From Microthyrium microscopicum (Eukaryota): a stretch of 64,000 nt of DNA. Shown here in pieces: positions 50,125 through 61,585 of the stretch. Made by a program: the position numbers and the translations under genes. The notes beneath the pieces were generated by a model. It was not told the DNA's origin, did no database searches, and saw only the letters and a list, made by a program, of their open reading frames with translations. The stretch spans positions 577,481 through 641,480 of the forward strand of contig MU004232.1 in the NCBI GenBank assembly GCA_010405405.1, written 5' to 3'. Numbering within the stretch: the stretch's first letter is position 1; every line of letters begins with the position of its first letter.

Positions 50125-52712
50125 GCTGTGTGCTTTGGCTTGATGTTTGGAAGTATGAGAAAGCGTTGAGATGGTTGGAGCAAAAGTAGACGCGAGCACA
50201 GATGCTTTGCTTGTTATGATGGAGAACTGAGGTTGGAGAGTTGTTGGGTCGAAGGGAGATGGAGGATGGTACAAGAGTTTGAGGATGATTATATATATAG
50301 ACAAGCGAATACGCAGTCACTGCAGTTACTCTAGCGGCTTATGGTCACTTGTGGGTATCTATCCCAGACTACCTGATAGTATGGGAACTCATAGTCGCCT
50401 GTGAAGATCTAGCCGAGAACCCGCCTAAAGACATAGCGATTTAAATAACTCTCATACGTATCCAATTGACAAGCTGCATCAGCTGCATCAGTGAAGTCAA
50501 GCAGTATGTTTGAGGTGAAGAACAAACATAGCATCAAAATGGAAGACTGTCAAGAACGAACCTTGAGGAACCACCTTGATGATATCCTGAAGGGATAAGA
50601 TTAGGAGCTAGTGTTGGTGAGTGAATGACACAAGTTTAATAGCTACTAACAATTGAACTACGTCCTACCACTACAGATCCCTCAAATGATTGTCTCAGCA
50701 AGTTTTACAGGAGCAAAAAGAAGCTTACAATCATTATGCCTATGTGCAGCATGCAGAACCATCCGGAGATGGCGATTCTTGTTCCAAATAGACGAGCCTT
50801 TTGGAATTGATACCCTCTGAAGGTGAGAGATTTCATAAGCTCAATTGGGTCGAAGCGAGATCAGCATCATCGTAAGGTCAGCATGAAAGACATATCAAGT
50901 GGTCATTTTGATCGATGCTTTCGGGTTTTTTGATCAGCGCCAGCCTCGAGCCTTCCTTTTTCAACTCATGAGAACAGAATGAATCTTGCCTGAGAGCTCA
51001 GAAGTTGGCTGCTAAAGATGCACCTACTTCGACGACGTGGAAATGTTTGTACGAACGATGGCTCTTCAAGTAACCAAGCAAATTACAATTTCAGTTTATT
51101 TGAGCCGAAAAGTATCAAAACAGCCGGTAGTTGCACTTGCTTGAAATCAATAACAAACTGGACGATGCAATGCCAAGCATTCAGGGGTAATTGTAAACAA
51201 AGCAATCAGATCACTCTGTACTCTTCGTAACGTCTGGAAATACTTGTTCGATGCCAAAGAATAGCGATAAAAAGTAAATTGTATGCTTTTGTAGTTGTGC
51301 TAATGTTTATTGAGGGTTTCACCTCTGTTATGAGTGTGCTAGAACACCAGGAGAGCTGATATGACCGTCAAATCTCTCAATGACCTCCTACCCTCCTCGT
51401 GATCACGAATTTTCTATGCCTCTATCCTTCTCGGCACAATTCCCGGATAGGATACGTCCGTGATCAAACCGCTGTAAGATTTTCGCCATCCGTACATGCG
51501 GCTTCATGCCGAAGGACGAATCTGAGATCACTGAACACCACCTCTGATTCCTGACGCAATTGTCCACAACACACGATAGACTTGTAAGCTCACTTGTAGA
51601 CTAACGGGATCATTCCGCGGCAATCAGCTTCCAAAGAGATCGGACTGACCACGATCAATGCAAAATCCCCGAAGTAGAATGATTATGGTAGCAAAAGTAC
51701 TATCAGAAAAGGAGTTGACGACCTGTGACGCTTGAAGGACTCCATGATAATCAGATATCTTATTCTTGGAATAGGCGAGTTCGCAAGGAAGCGGGCAAGA
51801 TTTAGCAGTTCCTGAAAAAGCATGGATTAAATACCCTCGCTACGAAGTCTAGTCTCTCATCTTTTACGGCACCTGCAGACTGATAAAAGTTAGACATGTT
51901 TTTCTAGAAATATGAATTTCTTCAATAGCTACATTGACCTTGTTTCCAACAATAACTCAAGAACATAGCCAATTTCTCACACAACCACGATTGATGACTT
52001 GACCACCAACATAAATGAACCAAGGCCATCTCTGCTTTCTGTCGCAACCGCTCGTACTATACATTCGCGACGACGGGCTTTCTCGCTGCACCGATTGTTT
52101 ACCATTTTGAATTCGACTGGCCTTCTTCGCTTCGAAGCGGGCGATTGCTGCTTCACTGCCGGTATATGTGATCTTGCAGTCGGTAGTTGCCCCCAGGTCA
52201 TTCAAGCTGCCATTTTCCACAAAACGCTAAGCCAAAATCTTCTCAGCACTCATATATGATCATTATTGATGTCTTTTCGAGTGCCTCGTTTCGCGGCTCC
52301 AAGCGAGTTCAGGTTGTACGGACGTTTACGGATCTTAATGGTATGTGTTCAGTTATCAACCAACGGATGCAGCTCTAAGTTCTGTTTGGATTACAACGGT
52401 GACTTGGTCGTGTCGAAGAGTTGTTCCAGACATTTGACATTCAAGTCTCCATTCCAAACGGGCACAACATTCTGTCCATATGGCCCCTTTTTCCGCATCC
52501 AATTTCGAAATGGGGAGCCTAGGCCGGATTTGCCATCATTCAAACCCGGGGTCTTGCTCTATTCAGAGTTCTCGTACCTGAAGTAATAGCTACCATCAGG
52601 AGAAATTGAAGTCTACTCTTGAATGGCCAAACGGTTGAAGAAATTGGTCTGCATCGATGGAACAACTAGCAAACCTGCGTCTTTCTGATAGTTGTGCTTC
52701 TGAAAACATTCT

Positions 52713-53087
52713 CTATTCGCCGGTGGCAGCCTGTACTTTTTCGAGGCGCATGAGAAACTTTGGGCGGTGTTGAACAAAGAAGCTGATAGATGCCTTGGTT
52801 TTGGCCACAGCTGTATCTTTACTGACTAATATAAGTGACGTTCACTCTAGCAGTACCTGAAAGAGTGGATGGTCGTATTCGACATAGTGAAAGAAGTCGT
52901 TCATGTCGGGGGTAGAGATCGCAACATTTTTGGGGTACGTGGTGAGCGGCGTCTCAACAATGCTTGGCCACTTGGTATGACCCATGGCGACAAAGGTGCG
53001 CCAATAGGAAAGCAGACACTGGACCTGGAGCAGAGGGGGGTTCGATGGGAGGTTATCGTTCTGACCATTCCTTAATTCGATGTGCAT
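52713..53087 (-). pseudogene. Truncated paralog of the tandem family
   Basis: LLSYWRTFVAMGHTKWPSIVE...YDHPLFQVLLE, in-frame TGA at 52842-52844, then homology continues (FFVQHRPKFLMRLEKVQAATGE*). No N-terminal half seen. Confidence 0.82.
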
Positions 53088-53999
53088 GTCTATAAAGAGC
53101 GTTGGTCTCGATGATTGTAGGAGTGAGTTATATAGAACAAGGTGAAAGAGGGACTAAGGATTATATTAAGGCGCTTAGGAAGATCTGAGTATGCCAGAAA
53201 GCGATAATAGAATCATTGTAGTGCTAATCGTTCTTTGCACTGTGGGTACAGGCTTCGTCCCTGGATTTATATGGTAGATTCAACCGTGGATGGCTGACAA
53301 CGATTGCTAGACTTGAAGTATGTTGAATGTTTTATAATCGAATTGTGATATGACTGCTTAAGGATTGTCCAACATTGCTCGAAAACTTTCTATGGTTCAA
53401 GGAATCATGAAGTTTCTTGGACGTATTGACCAGGTCACAGGTATCTTGCCACGAACAAAGCTTCTCAAGCTCCAAACATTCATGAGCCAAGGGCGTCAAC
53501 AGCCGAAGGGTCATGGGGTTGATACGCTACAAAGATATTCATGTTTGTGCCAAAGAAATCTGCAGGGTTAACATGAGAGAATCTGGTTCCATGGCCTCAC
53601 TCGCAAGATTAACATGTTTGATGATCATCGCCTAGCAAACTAATTAGACTGGTAAGTATCAAGACCAAACGCTTGGAGCAGCCTCATCATGATAACAAAG
53701 TGCTGTGGAAACTGCACGTTTCATGGCATCAGATTGGTAGTTGGTCAATTGGATATCATATCAGAGAAGATTTCAGCGCGCAAGTCAGTAAAAGCAAAAC
53801 ACCTTCATTGTATGTGCATTTTCACGTTGTTGATACTTTGAACAGCTAGTTGACAGTACAATTTCAATTCTATACTATCACTAACAGAGGCATCATAGCC
53901 TTCCAAGGATCTATTCCACTGTCCAAAGACCCGTCCGCTTGTCAAATCCATGACCAACGACCCTTATCGCTATTTCTCCGCGCCATAAGCTCACATATT

Positions 54000-54869
54000 C
54001 TAATTAGTGTGTGCAGACGCCTTCTTCACAGCAGGAACTTTCTTTCTACTCTCGACCTGCCGAGCCTTCATGGCATCAAATCGATCGATGGCCTTCTCGT
54101 CTCCGGTCTCGGCTTGTAGCTTTACGAGGCGCCAGAGATAGCGAGGGCGCTCTTGATGGAAGAAACCAAGGATCTTCTTTGCCACTGGAATTGGTGTCGA
54201 GTCGTCAGTGAGTAGGAGGGCCATCGATTCCAAGAGAACCTGGCACATGGGATGGTGGTAGTCCACGTACCAGAAGAATTCCTGGTACTCTGGATACTGA
54301 AGGGCGACTTGCTTGATATAGCGGGTGATGAGTTTCTCCATCTTGCCAGTCCAAGGGGCATGGCCCATTGCTGAGAAGACGCGCCAATAAGCTAGCAAGT
54401 GCTGGAACCCCAGGATTTCGACCGAGTGACAAGGGAGCTGAAGTTCACCGTCCTGCGCTTCAGGTTCAAGTGTGCTTACCACTTCCAGAAGCCATGTGGT
54501 GATGACAATCATTGCCTCGTTGTATACGCTCCATGCCGGTAAAATTTGCTTGCCGCTGGCGAGGTTGGTCGTGATGAGGTTTGGACAGATTGTTTCCAAT
54601 AATTTAGTAGGGTAGCCCTTTTGGATCACCAATTCTCCGCACTTCTTTCCTGTGTTATCTTCAAGCAAGAGGACCAAATCGGCGCGAGGCGAGTTCAGGA
54701 GATCTTGTCGAAATCCAGGGCTTTTGATACCCCGAATCGCAGGCGCAAACTCCATCACTATTTTGATGATATCGGAGAGATCGTCCGCAAATGTCTTACG
54801 GTCAGGACCAAGAGGCGCAACATATGGCGAGATCATATCACAAAACACGTCGGAATTTGAAGAAGCCAA
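54000..54869 (-). CDS. Tandem family member 2, unknown function (BTB/POZ-like)
   Basis: HLLAYWRVFSAMGHAPW, LLESMAL, FHQERPRYLWRL..LQAETGD. ORF opens at TTG 54869; first ATG at 54836. Confidence 0.82.
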   Translation of the reverse strand: MASSNSDVFCDMISPYVAPLGPDRKTFADDLSDIIKIVMEFAPAIRGIKSPGFRQDLLNSPRADLVLLLEDNTGKKCGELVIQKGYPTKLLETICPNLITTNLASGKQILPAWSVYNEAMIVITTWLLEVVSTLEPEAQDGELQLPCHSVEILGFQHLLAYWRVFSAMGHAPWTGKMEKLITRYIKQVALQYPEYQEFFWYVDYHHPMCQVLLESMALLLTDDSTPIPVAKKILGFFHQERPRYLWRLVKLQAETGDEKAIDRFDAMKARQVESRKKVPAVKKASAHTN

Positions 54870-55113
54870 TTACTCATAACAATCAAACAGTTAATTGCTA
54901 TACCTAGCAAGGTATCTACAAACTTCCTCGCCAAGTGCTGAAATCAATCGGCAGCTGGAATCCACAGATAATTCATAATGGTTGGAGAAGAGAAAATAGT
55001 ATCCGTAAACCGGCACATAGCTCTGTTCTCGAAACCCTGCAAAATGAAGGTCGTGCCTCCGCCACATATATTTGAACCACCAAAACCGCAAGACCACAAG
55101 GGAATGACAGCGC

Positions 55114-55893
55114 TTAGACGACCCATCGTCGAATGTATCCATCTTCCTCAGCGCGTTGCTCCTCGCGCAAGGCTTCCAACTCCTTGATCGACTGTGCATC
55201 GCCAGTCTCAGCCTGGTACTCTGTCAGGGCCCAATATAAGTCATATCTCTCGGTGCGAAAGAGTTCGCGGAAGGCATGACGAGCGACTGGAGACATGTTG
55301 GGATCAACCAATCGAGAGGCAGTAGCCTCCAGGAAGGCGTGGGTGAGAGATTGGTTGTAGTAAGTGTGTTTAAGGACCAAGCGCATCTCGTCAATGGTCA
55401 TTTCGGTGTTGTTGAAGTACTGGATGAGCAGCGGCTCAAACTGGCTGGCCCAATGATATTGGCCCATTGCAATGAACGTACGCCAGTACGCCATCATGTG
55501 GTCAAGGTCGTGAATGGTCAGTGTACGGACAGGAAGGTTTCGATGATCGGTAGACTCAACGATTCGTCGTAGCCATGATAAGTGTAGACGGAGAACGCGA
55601 GCATCTCCACCACCAACTCGAATCACCTGTTGCTTGGTGATTGGATTGTACTCCGACAGTTTTGGTGACAGTGTTCGAAGGAGTTCAATGGGATAATCCC
55701 AAGCGACCTCAATATCGTTCAGAGGTTTGCCGTTGGCGTCCTTTTGCTTCAGAACGACGGTTGCGTGGGGAGGTTTCGCCATTTTCATGCGATTCTGAGA
55801 GGATCGAATACCTGCCAGAGCAGGTTGGAGAACTACCTGGGTACCGATGACTCCTGAAGGGTGGGTAGTGTCAGGCATGACGGTGGAAGACAT
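55114..55893 (-). CDS. Tandem family member 3, unknown function (BTB/POZ-like)
   Basis: HMMAYWRTFIAMGQYHWASQFEP, FLEATA, FRTERYDLYWAL...QAETGD. Confidence 0.85.
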   Translation of the reverse strand: MSSTVMPDTTHPSGVIGTQVVLQPALAGIRSSQNRMKMAKPPHATVVLKQKDANGKPLNDIEVAWDYPIELLRTLSPKLSEYNPITKQQVIRVGGGDARVLRLHLSWLRRIVESTDHRNLPVRTLTIHDLDHMMAYWRTFIAMGQYHWASQFEPLLIQYFNNTEMTIDEMRLVLKHTYYNQSLTHAFLEATASRLVDPNMSPVARHAFRELFRTERYDLYWALTEYQAETGDAQSIKELEALREEQRAEEDGYIRRWVV

Positions 55894-56799
55894 CTTGGCT
55901 GCGAGGCACCCTTAGTAAACGAAAGATCGAGATCATTTTTTGACTTACCAATGGTGTATTGAACGGAAGTTGAATTGGAGTTGAGAAATGTAAGAGATCT
56001 ATGATCTGGAAGGAAAAGTTGAGCGAGATGATCGAAGGCGTCGAGTGTTGGGGTGGAGAGTGGTGGAGATTGGTTGAGGAAGAATCGAGGATCAAGTCGA
56101 GGGCAAGAGGTTTTATAGCATGAAAGACTGGACAAAATCAGCTTCAGTGACATTGAGAGGCTGTCCAGTGACTGGAATATTTTGAGGTAGGTGTAGTTGG
56201 AGTGACCTTCAGCGACTCGGCGTCTAAAGGTAGATTCAAGAAGTCACAGGCTCGATTATATAGGTGGATGAATTGGGGCAAGTAATTTGAGGTAGCATAT
56301 ATCAAGACGGGCAAGAAGGAATCCAAACAGCAGATTTTCTCAGATATGATGGATCTAGGTGAGGTGAAAGCAAGGAATTATCTGAAGCGTAACTGATACC
56401 ACCTCGTCAAGCATCCATACCTATTTTTTAAGATTCTCCAGAAGACTGGAAAGGAGACCAGTCACCAGAGTCCGCTCTCTGCTTCACAAAAATACTATAA
56501 GCTGCCACTTCACTTTGGAAGATTGTGGGCTAGGTATCATTTATAATGGAGAGAAAACATATGAGGAAAGAAATATAAAGATCAGATCAAATCCGAGTAG
56601 AATGCGAGTTCAGCTTAGATTTGCAAAGAGACAATCTATTGAGGCGACTCAAAACGTTGATTCTATACGCTTGATAAAATATTGTCTCATGAGTCCACCG
56701 ACGTTCAGCGATATGAATGGAAGGAAATGTTTGACCCATGGCCTAACACCTGCGAAAACAACGGTGATGTTGCAAAGTAATCCAATAGCCCACATGGCC

Positions 56800-57110
56800 C
56801 ATGGATGAATCTGTATTGGCGCGGCGTTCCTCTCGCATGTCCCCTAGCTCTTTGAGAGACCGAACATCTCCGTTGATGGCTTGTAGCTCCGTCAGGGACC
56901 ATAGACAGTCGGGTCGTTCTAGTCGGAAAAGCTCCCGAGTAGCTTGTCGCTCCAGTATGGTTTCCGTTTTAAAATACGAAATGTTGTGATCTATAAGAAG
57001 GCCTGAGGGAATGCTTACTTGTAGGAGGTATAGCGAAGAACCACGCGCATCTCCACAACCGTCGAAAGCAATTCTTCAACGTGTTCAGCCATCAAGGGTT
57101 CCAGCATGAA
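56800..57110 (-). pseudogene. Decayed 3' half of a tandem-family paralog, closest to member 4
   Basis: LEPLMAEHVE...EMRVVLRYTSYK* then, after a disruption, LERQATRELFRLERPDCLWSLTELQAINGDVRSLKEL..MREERRAN. Confidence 0.8.
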
Positions 57111-57541
57111 AGAGAGATGGATGGGAGTGAAGAGGTGTTCTTTCATTCCACACTCAACGTCTTGAAGTGACCAATCTTGCATTTGCGATATGCTTGTCCA
57201 AGCGCCATAAGCAATCAGACCGCTCATTCTGGAAGATATAGCGAATTGAAGTTAAAGGGGAATTAGCGCTAGGAGAGAGAACTAGAAGGGAAACATAAAG
57301 ACGTTAGTTGACATATCGTCTTGGGGATAGAAATAGAGTTCAATGTGAACTTAAGAAGAGGCAAGTTTTTGAGCAAAAGAAAGGATGGATTCTCTTTGTA
57401 CAATAAGGCAGTCCTTGAAATGACTATTCAGGAGCAGCCGACATTCACTCTCTAGTCACGATAGCAAAAGAAAGGACTGCCATCGTTCCACACCCGTCCA
57501 TCCGAACAAACAACTGCGGTTTTGAAAGGTAACTCATTAGC

Positions 57542-58351
57542 CTAGATTGACCATCGGTGAAATTCGTCTCCGTTAGCGCGGCGGCGCTCCTCCTTCATTT
57601 TGGCTAACTCATCAATAGATTTGATGTCCCCTGTCTGAGCCTGAAGCTTAGTCAGAGACCACAAGTAATCCGGGCGCTCCATCCGGAAGAGCTCTCGAAT
57701 GGCATGGCGCTCCAGTGGCTCGATATCCTTGTCGACCAGGCGGACGGCCGTAGCCTTTAGGAAGGTGTTGGTGAAGCTCTGCTTCGAGTAGGTGAATCGT
57801 AGAATCTGGCGCATGTCTGCAAGGTCCAATTCAGTCGCCTCAACATACTGAACCATTAATCTCTCGATTTGGCTAGCCCACTTGGCGTGACCCATGGCTA
57901 GAAATGTACGCCAGTATGCGAACATGTGATCGAATGGAGAATTTTCTGGGACCTGAATGACATAGGAAGGTAAGGGTGGAGCATGAGTCGCGTTGAGGAG
58001 AGTATTGACTAAAGTCAAGAGCCATGGGAGGATTAGGCACAGTACGCGCTCATCTGCACAGCCTGCTGCGATCTCCAATCGAGACTTGTCCTTGGTGAGC
58101 TTGCCGAATCTCGATCCAATCATCTTGAGTACAGCAATTGGAAAGTCGTGAGCGATGACGGCCTCTTCGATTGCTTTTCCATTATCGTCCTCTTGCAATA
58201 GCACGACTGCGGCGGTGGGTGAGGTTTCTAGCTCATGGGGAGTTTGGGGAGATCGAATTCCTCGGATGGCGGGCTCGATTGTGATGATGGCGCCTGTGAC
58301 CACGGAAGTAGCAGAGGCGGCAGTCGAGGCGTGCATGGCAACTGTTGACAT
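57542..58351 (-). CDS. Tandem family member 4, unknown function (BTB/POZ-like)
   Basis: HMFAYWRTFLAMGHAKWASQIE, FLKATA, FRMERPDYLWSLTKLQAQTGD. Confidence 0.85.
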   Translation of the reverse strand: MSTVAMHASTAASATSVVTGAIITIEPAIRGIRSPQTPHELETSPTAAVVLLQEDDNGKAIEEAVIAHDFPIAVLKMIGSRFGKLTKDKSRLEIAAGCADERVLCLILPWLLTLVNTLLNATHAPPLPSYVIQVPENSPFDHMFAYWRTFLAMGHAKWASQIERLMVQYVEATELDLADMRQILRFTYSKQSFTNTFLKATAVRLVDKDIEPLERHAIRELFRMERPDYLWSLTKLQAQTGDIKSIDELAKMKEERRRANGDEFHRWSI

Positions 58352-58551
58352 TTTGAGTCTGCAAAGCATATTAGATAAAATGTACATCAAGGATTAGATT
58401 GAAATACATTTGCTTGTGGTAATCGAAGGCAGGAAATACAGAGTAAACTTTGAAGGGGATTGAAAAGCAGGAGACTGGAGAGCAGATAAATATTGGTTCT
58501 TGGATCAGAGAATGATGGTCAAAAGTTGAAGAATTGTTTGTGGATCAAATT

Positions 58552-58722
58552 GGTTCGAGGGACTTTATACCTTCGAGGACCGACGAAAATTTTCCGCGTC
58601 GGTGACATTGCCATGACGCCTCAGTGATGTTTCTACAAAGATCCAGTCAAGCGTGGTTTTGAGGTTGATATTTGTGATATAGTGTCTGTGGTGGCGATAG
58701 CAAAGTCGATAGAGGCAGGCGC
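58552..58722 (-). promoter_or_regulatory. Conserved TATA-containing promoter of tandem family member 4
   Basis: + strand TTTATACC.TCGAGGAC, GGTGACAT and GAGGCAGGCGC recur in the same order upstream of member 5 (61811-61981) and partly of member 3 (56096-56155). Confidence 0.65.
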
Positions 58723-59399
58723 GGTAGTGGTTGGCGAAACGACCCGCCCCAATAGGACGAAGGTGAGTAGAAAGAAGGCGTATATATAGAGCAGTGACAC
58801 TTAGACTTCAAACATTGTAGCTGCCGCAATTGGGGTAGTAAGCAAATGTTTCTCGACAGCAACTGTATTCAACACTATTTCCAGATTACCCCTTCCCGAC
58901 AAGCATCCGGTATATTCGTGTTTATGAGGTGATGGTGAAGAAACATGGAATTCGCTAGCATCTCATCATGTTTATAAAGGAGAGATATGTTGCGAGAGCG
59001 GCTCTTTCTCAAAGGCAACCTCAACTGCTCGTGTACAAGCTAGGCCGTGTATAAACACTTGTAGAACCCAGATATCAAAACAAGAAGACATAATCTTCAA
59101 TACAACAAGTTGCAAATGATACAAGTGATACAGCTTCAAGCTCATCCAGTAGGAAGTAATCGGGATGAAAGTTATATTCGAAGGCTAGAGGATGATAAAG
59201 TAGGTAAATTCGATGCTCAATGCTAGTCAGCTTGTATTTATCTTTCTCCCAGCTTTAGTAGTTGCAGATGTCTAGCATATCACGGGAAAGAAGCAAAGAA
59301 AGCTACCCGACCAACCAGTGCCGCCTTCGAAATTTGACCTTTGAAGAGATCGCTCGGATATACCAGGAAGATCTTTGAGTAGGTACTGGTATTTGCGAG

Positions 59400-59483
59400 T
59401 GTATTCGACGAATGTAATGTTGTGAAGGCACGCCAGTAGGTGAGGATGTGCTGCAAGTGTTTCATAAGGATATCCATGCTCAA
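59400..59483 (-). pseudogene. Small relic of a tandem-family paralog
   Basis: KHLQHILTYWRAFTTL matches the family core (e.g. GFQHLLAYWRVFSAM); flanks not alignable by eye. Confidence 0.5.
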
Positions 59484-60697
59484 GCTTCAGAGCCATCCTT
59501 CATGTGCTTCTTCCTCGTATGAGGCCGGGCAGCAGCTTTCGCATCGCCATTCAGGAGAGGGAATTACTTGTAGTCTTTGAAAAATCACAAAGATGTGTCA
59601 ATTTAGTTTTTTTGAGAAGGGCGGTCATTCGTGATATCGAATAATGAGAACTTCACTCCGATGGCAAACAGAATATTTGGTTGCTTACGTCGCAATCGAT
59701 CAACTAAATAAAAGTTTGTGCTTATAGTCTTCTTCCGGATCCTTTGTTTATGCCATTTGACATATCGAAGCAGTCAAAAGGTACAATATATGCTTTCTTT
59801 GGGTATATACTGACATCTCAAACCCCTAATACTTATCAAACCAAACCAACGTCTTTGCCGGGTATCACAGACTCGTATATACATTTGAGTTTGGCCCTTA
59901 GACCTGCTTGCTTGAAGCAGGCGGTGCTTTGTGAACAAGCCCATTACTCAAGTCTTACCCCCATTCGCTTGTTCTACAGCTTTTGTGGTAAATGGATCTG
60001 AGTTCCACTAAACATTGCATACAGTTGTGCAAGGTAGTAAAGATGTTGCTACTGCTTATGAAGAAGAATTAGGCCAGCTTCGTGGGTGGGATGCAATAAC
60101 GGGTGACAAAAAACCCGAGCTAGTGAAAGAGTTACAAAGAACCTTGTCTCTGTATGAGACAATGAACTGAGTAATTCTAATAGTTTTGAGCGTCACACGT
60201 CCAGACAGGCACAAGAAGATAATTTCTGATACCAATTGTAGCATATCTTTTAAACTATGTAGTATGGGGCATGGGAAGGGATATACATGAGCAATCAATT
60301 TTGAGAATTTCCTTGGTAAATTCCACCCTTCCATCCAGCACCCTTCATGATAAGCAAGTAACATCAACTTTCAGAGTATTTCCTTTGGACCTGTTCGCCT
60401 TTCCATGCAGCAAGTACCCTCATAATGAGCCAGCAAGCCAGCAAGCCAGCAAAAAGAGTTTTTCTTTGAAGCTTTTCCTCGAATGTTTTCCTTCTTAACA
60501 CAGCAAGCACCCTCATAGAGAACCAGTAAAAGTATGTGGGATTTCTCGAATCTTTGTAACTTCCAAAGCAGCAAGCAGACTCCTGACAAACAAGCAAGAA
60601 GTCCCGGGCGTTCCTTCAACAGAAGCATGTTAACACATCATGCGACTGTGAATTCAAAGAAACCAAGCAAACTAAGCTCCGATCTCCTTGAGAGCAC

Positions 60698-61585
60698 TCA
60701 ATCATTTCGACGATTGCCATTGCGCTTTTTAGCCTGTGCCAGAGCGATGTTCCACAGGTTGTTGGGGTTCTCACGCTCCTTCTCACGTTGCTTGCGCTCC
60801 TTCTGACGCTGCTCACGCTCCTTCTCCATATCACGAAGGCGAGAGTAGGCAGCCGCATCGCCAGTGTCAGCCTCGAGGCGGGCCAAGCGCAAGCGATGTT
60901 CGGGACGATCCTCGTTGAAGAAGTTACGAATTTTTGCGATGGAATCAGGTGATGTCTGTGGATCGACGAGATACTCAGCAGTCGTCTCAAGAAGCACTTC
61001 GGTGAGGGTCTCGCGAGCGTTTGAGTACCAGAAGTACTCGCGCATATCTTCAACGGGCAAGACGTTGGCGCGAAGGTATCGTGCCATATATGGCTCAATC
61101 TGGTTTGCCCAGGCACGGTGACCCAGGACTTTGAAAGTGCGCCACCATCCAAGCATTAGGCGGAATGAAGTGAGAACAATAGGCAGTGTGCCAAGGCGTC
61201 TCGCACCTGCCCATTCTGGAGCTCGTAAGATCCGAAGGAGCCATTGTGCAATAATTGTGAGTGAAGTGGAATGGCCTTGCCACGCCTTGATGATCTGTTT
61301 GGTGCCGCTCGCATCCATAGAAACAAGAGAAGGTGCGATCGCTTCGAATATGGCCTTTGGAAACCGTGGCATGAGAACCTTTTCCTCTTTAGGAGTGCCG
61401 TCATCATTCTCCTGCAGCTGGACTAGAGTGATTGGAGCTGAATTCAGCCATAATTGTCGATTGGCATGGGTACCAATTCCATGAAAGCGAGGCGGAAGTT
61501 GGATAGTGGTTTCTAGAACGCCGGAGGGATCGTTTTGGCCATTCAGAGGCTGGATGTCAGGCGGAGAAGAGTTTGAGGATACCAT
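60698..61585 (-). CDS. Tandem family member 5, unknown function (BTB/POZ-like)
   Basis: LMLGWWRTFKVLGHRAWANQIEP, LLETTA, FNEDRPEHRLRLARLEADTGD, charged coiled-coil tail. Confidence 0.85.
   Translation of the reverse strand: MVSSNSSPPDIQPLNGQNDPSGVLETTIQLPPRFHGIGTHANRQLWLNSAPITLVQLQENDDGTPKEEKVLMPRFPKAIFEAIAPSLVSMDASGTKQIIKAWQGHSTSLTIIAQWLLRILRAPEWAGARRLGTLPIVLTSFRLMLGWWRTFKVLGHRAWANQIEPYMARYLRANVLPVEDMREYFWYSNARETLTEVLLETTAEYLVDPQTSPDSIAKIRNFFNEDRPEHRLRLARLEADTGDAAAYSRLRDMEKEREQRQKERKQREKERENPNNLWNIALAQAKKRNGNRRND

Noticed and set aside
51957..52590. Short ORFs between family members 1 and 2
   Set aside because: Interrupted by stops, no family motifs and no recognisable homology; cannot be supported as a gene.
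52842..52844. In-frame TGA as a possible A-to-I editing or readthrough site
   Set aside because: Paralogs have Ser/Ala/Thr here, not Trp; the copy also lacks its N-terminal half and stops early, so ordinary decay is simpler.
60330..60620. Recurring CAGCAAG / CACCCTCATA words downstream of member 5
   Set aside because: Short, irregular and low-complexity; not enough to define a repeat element.
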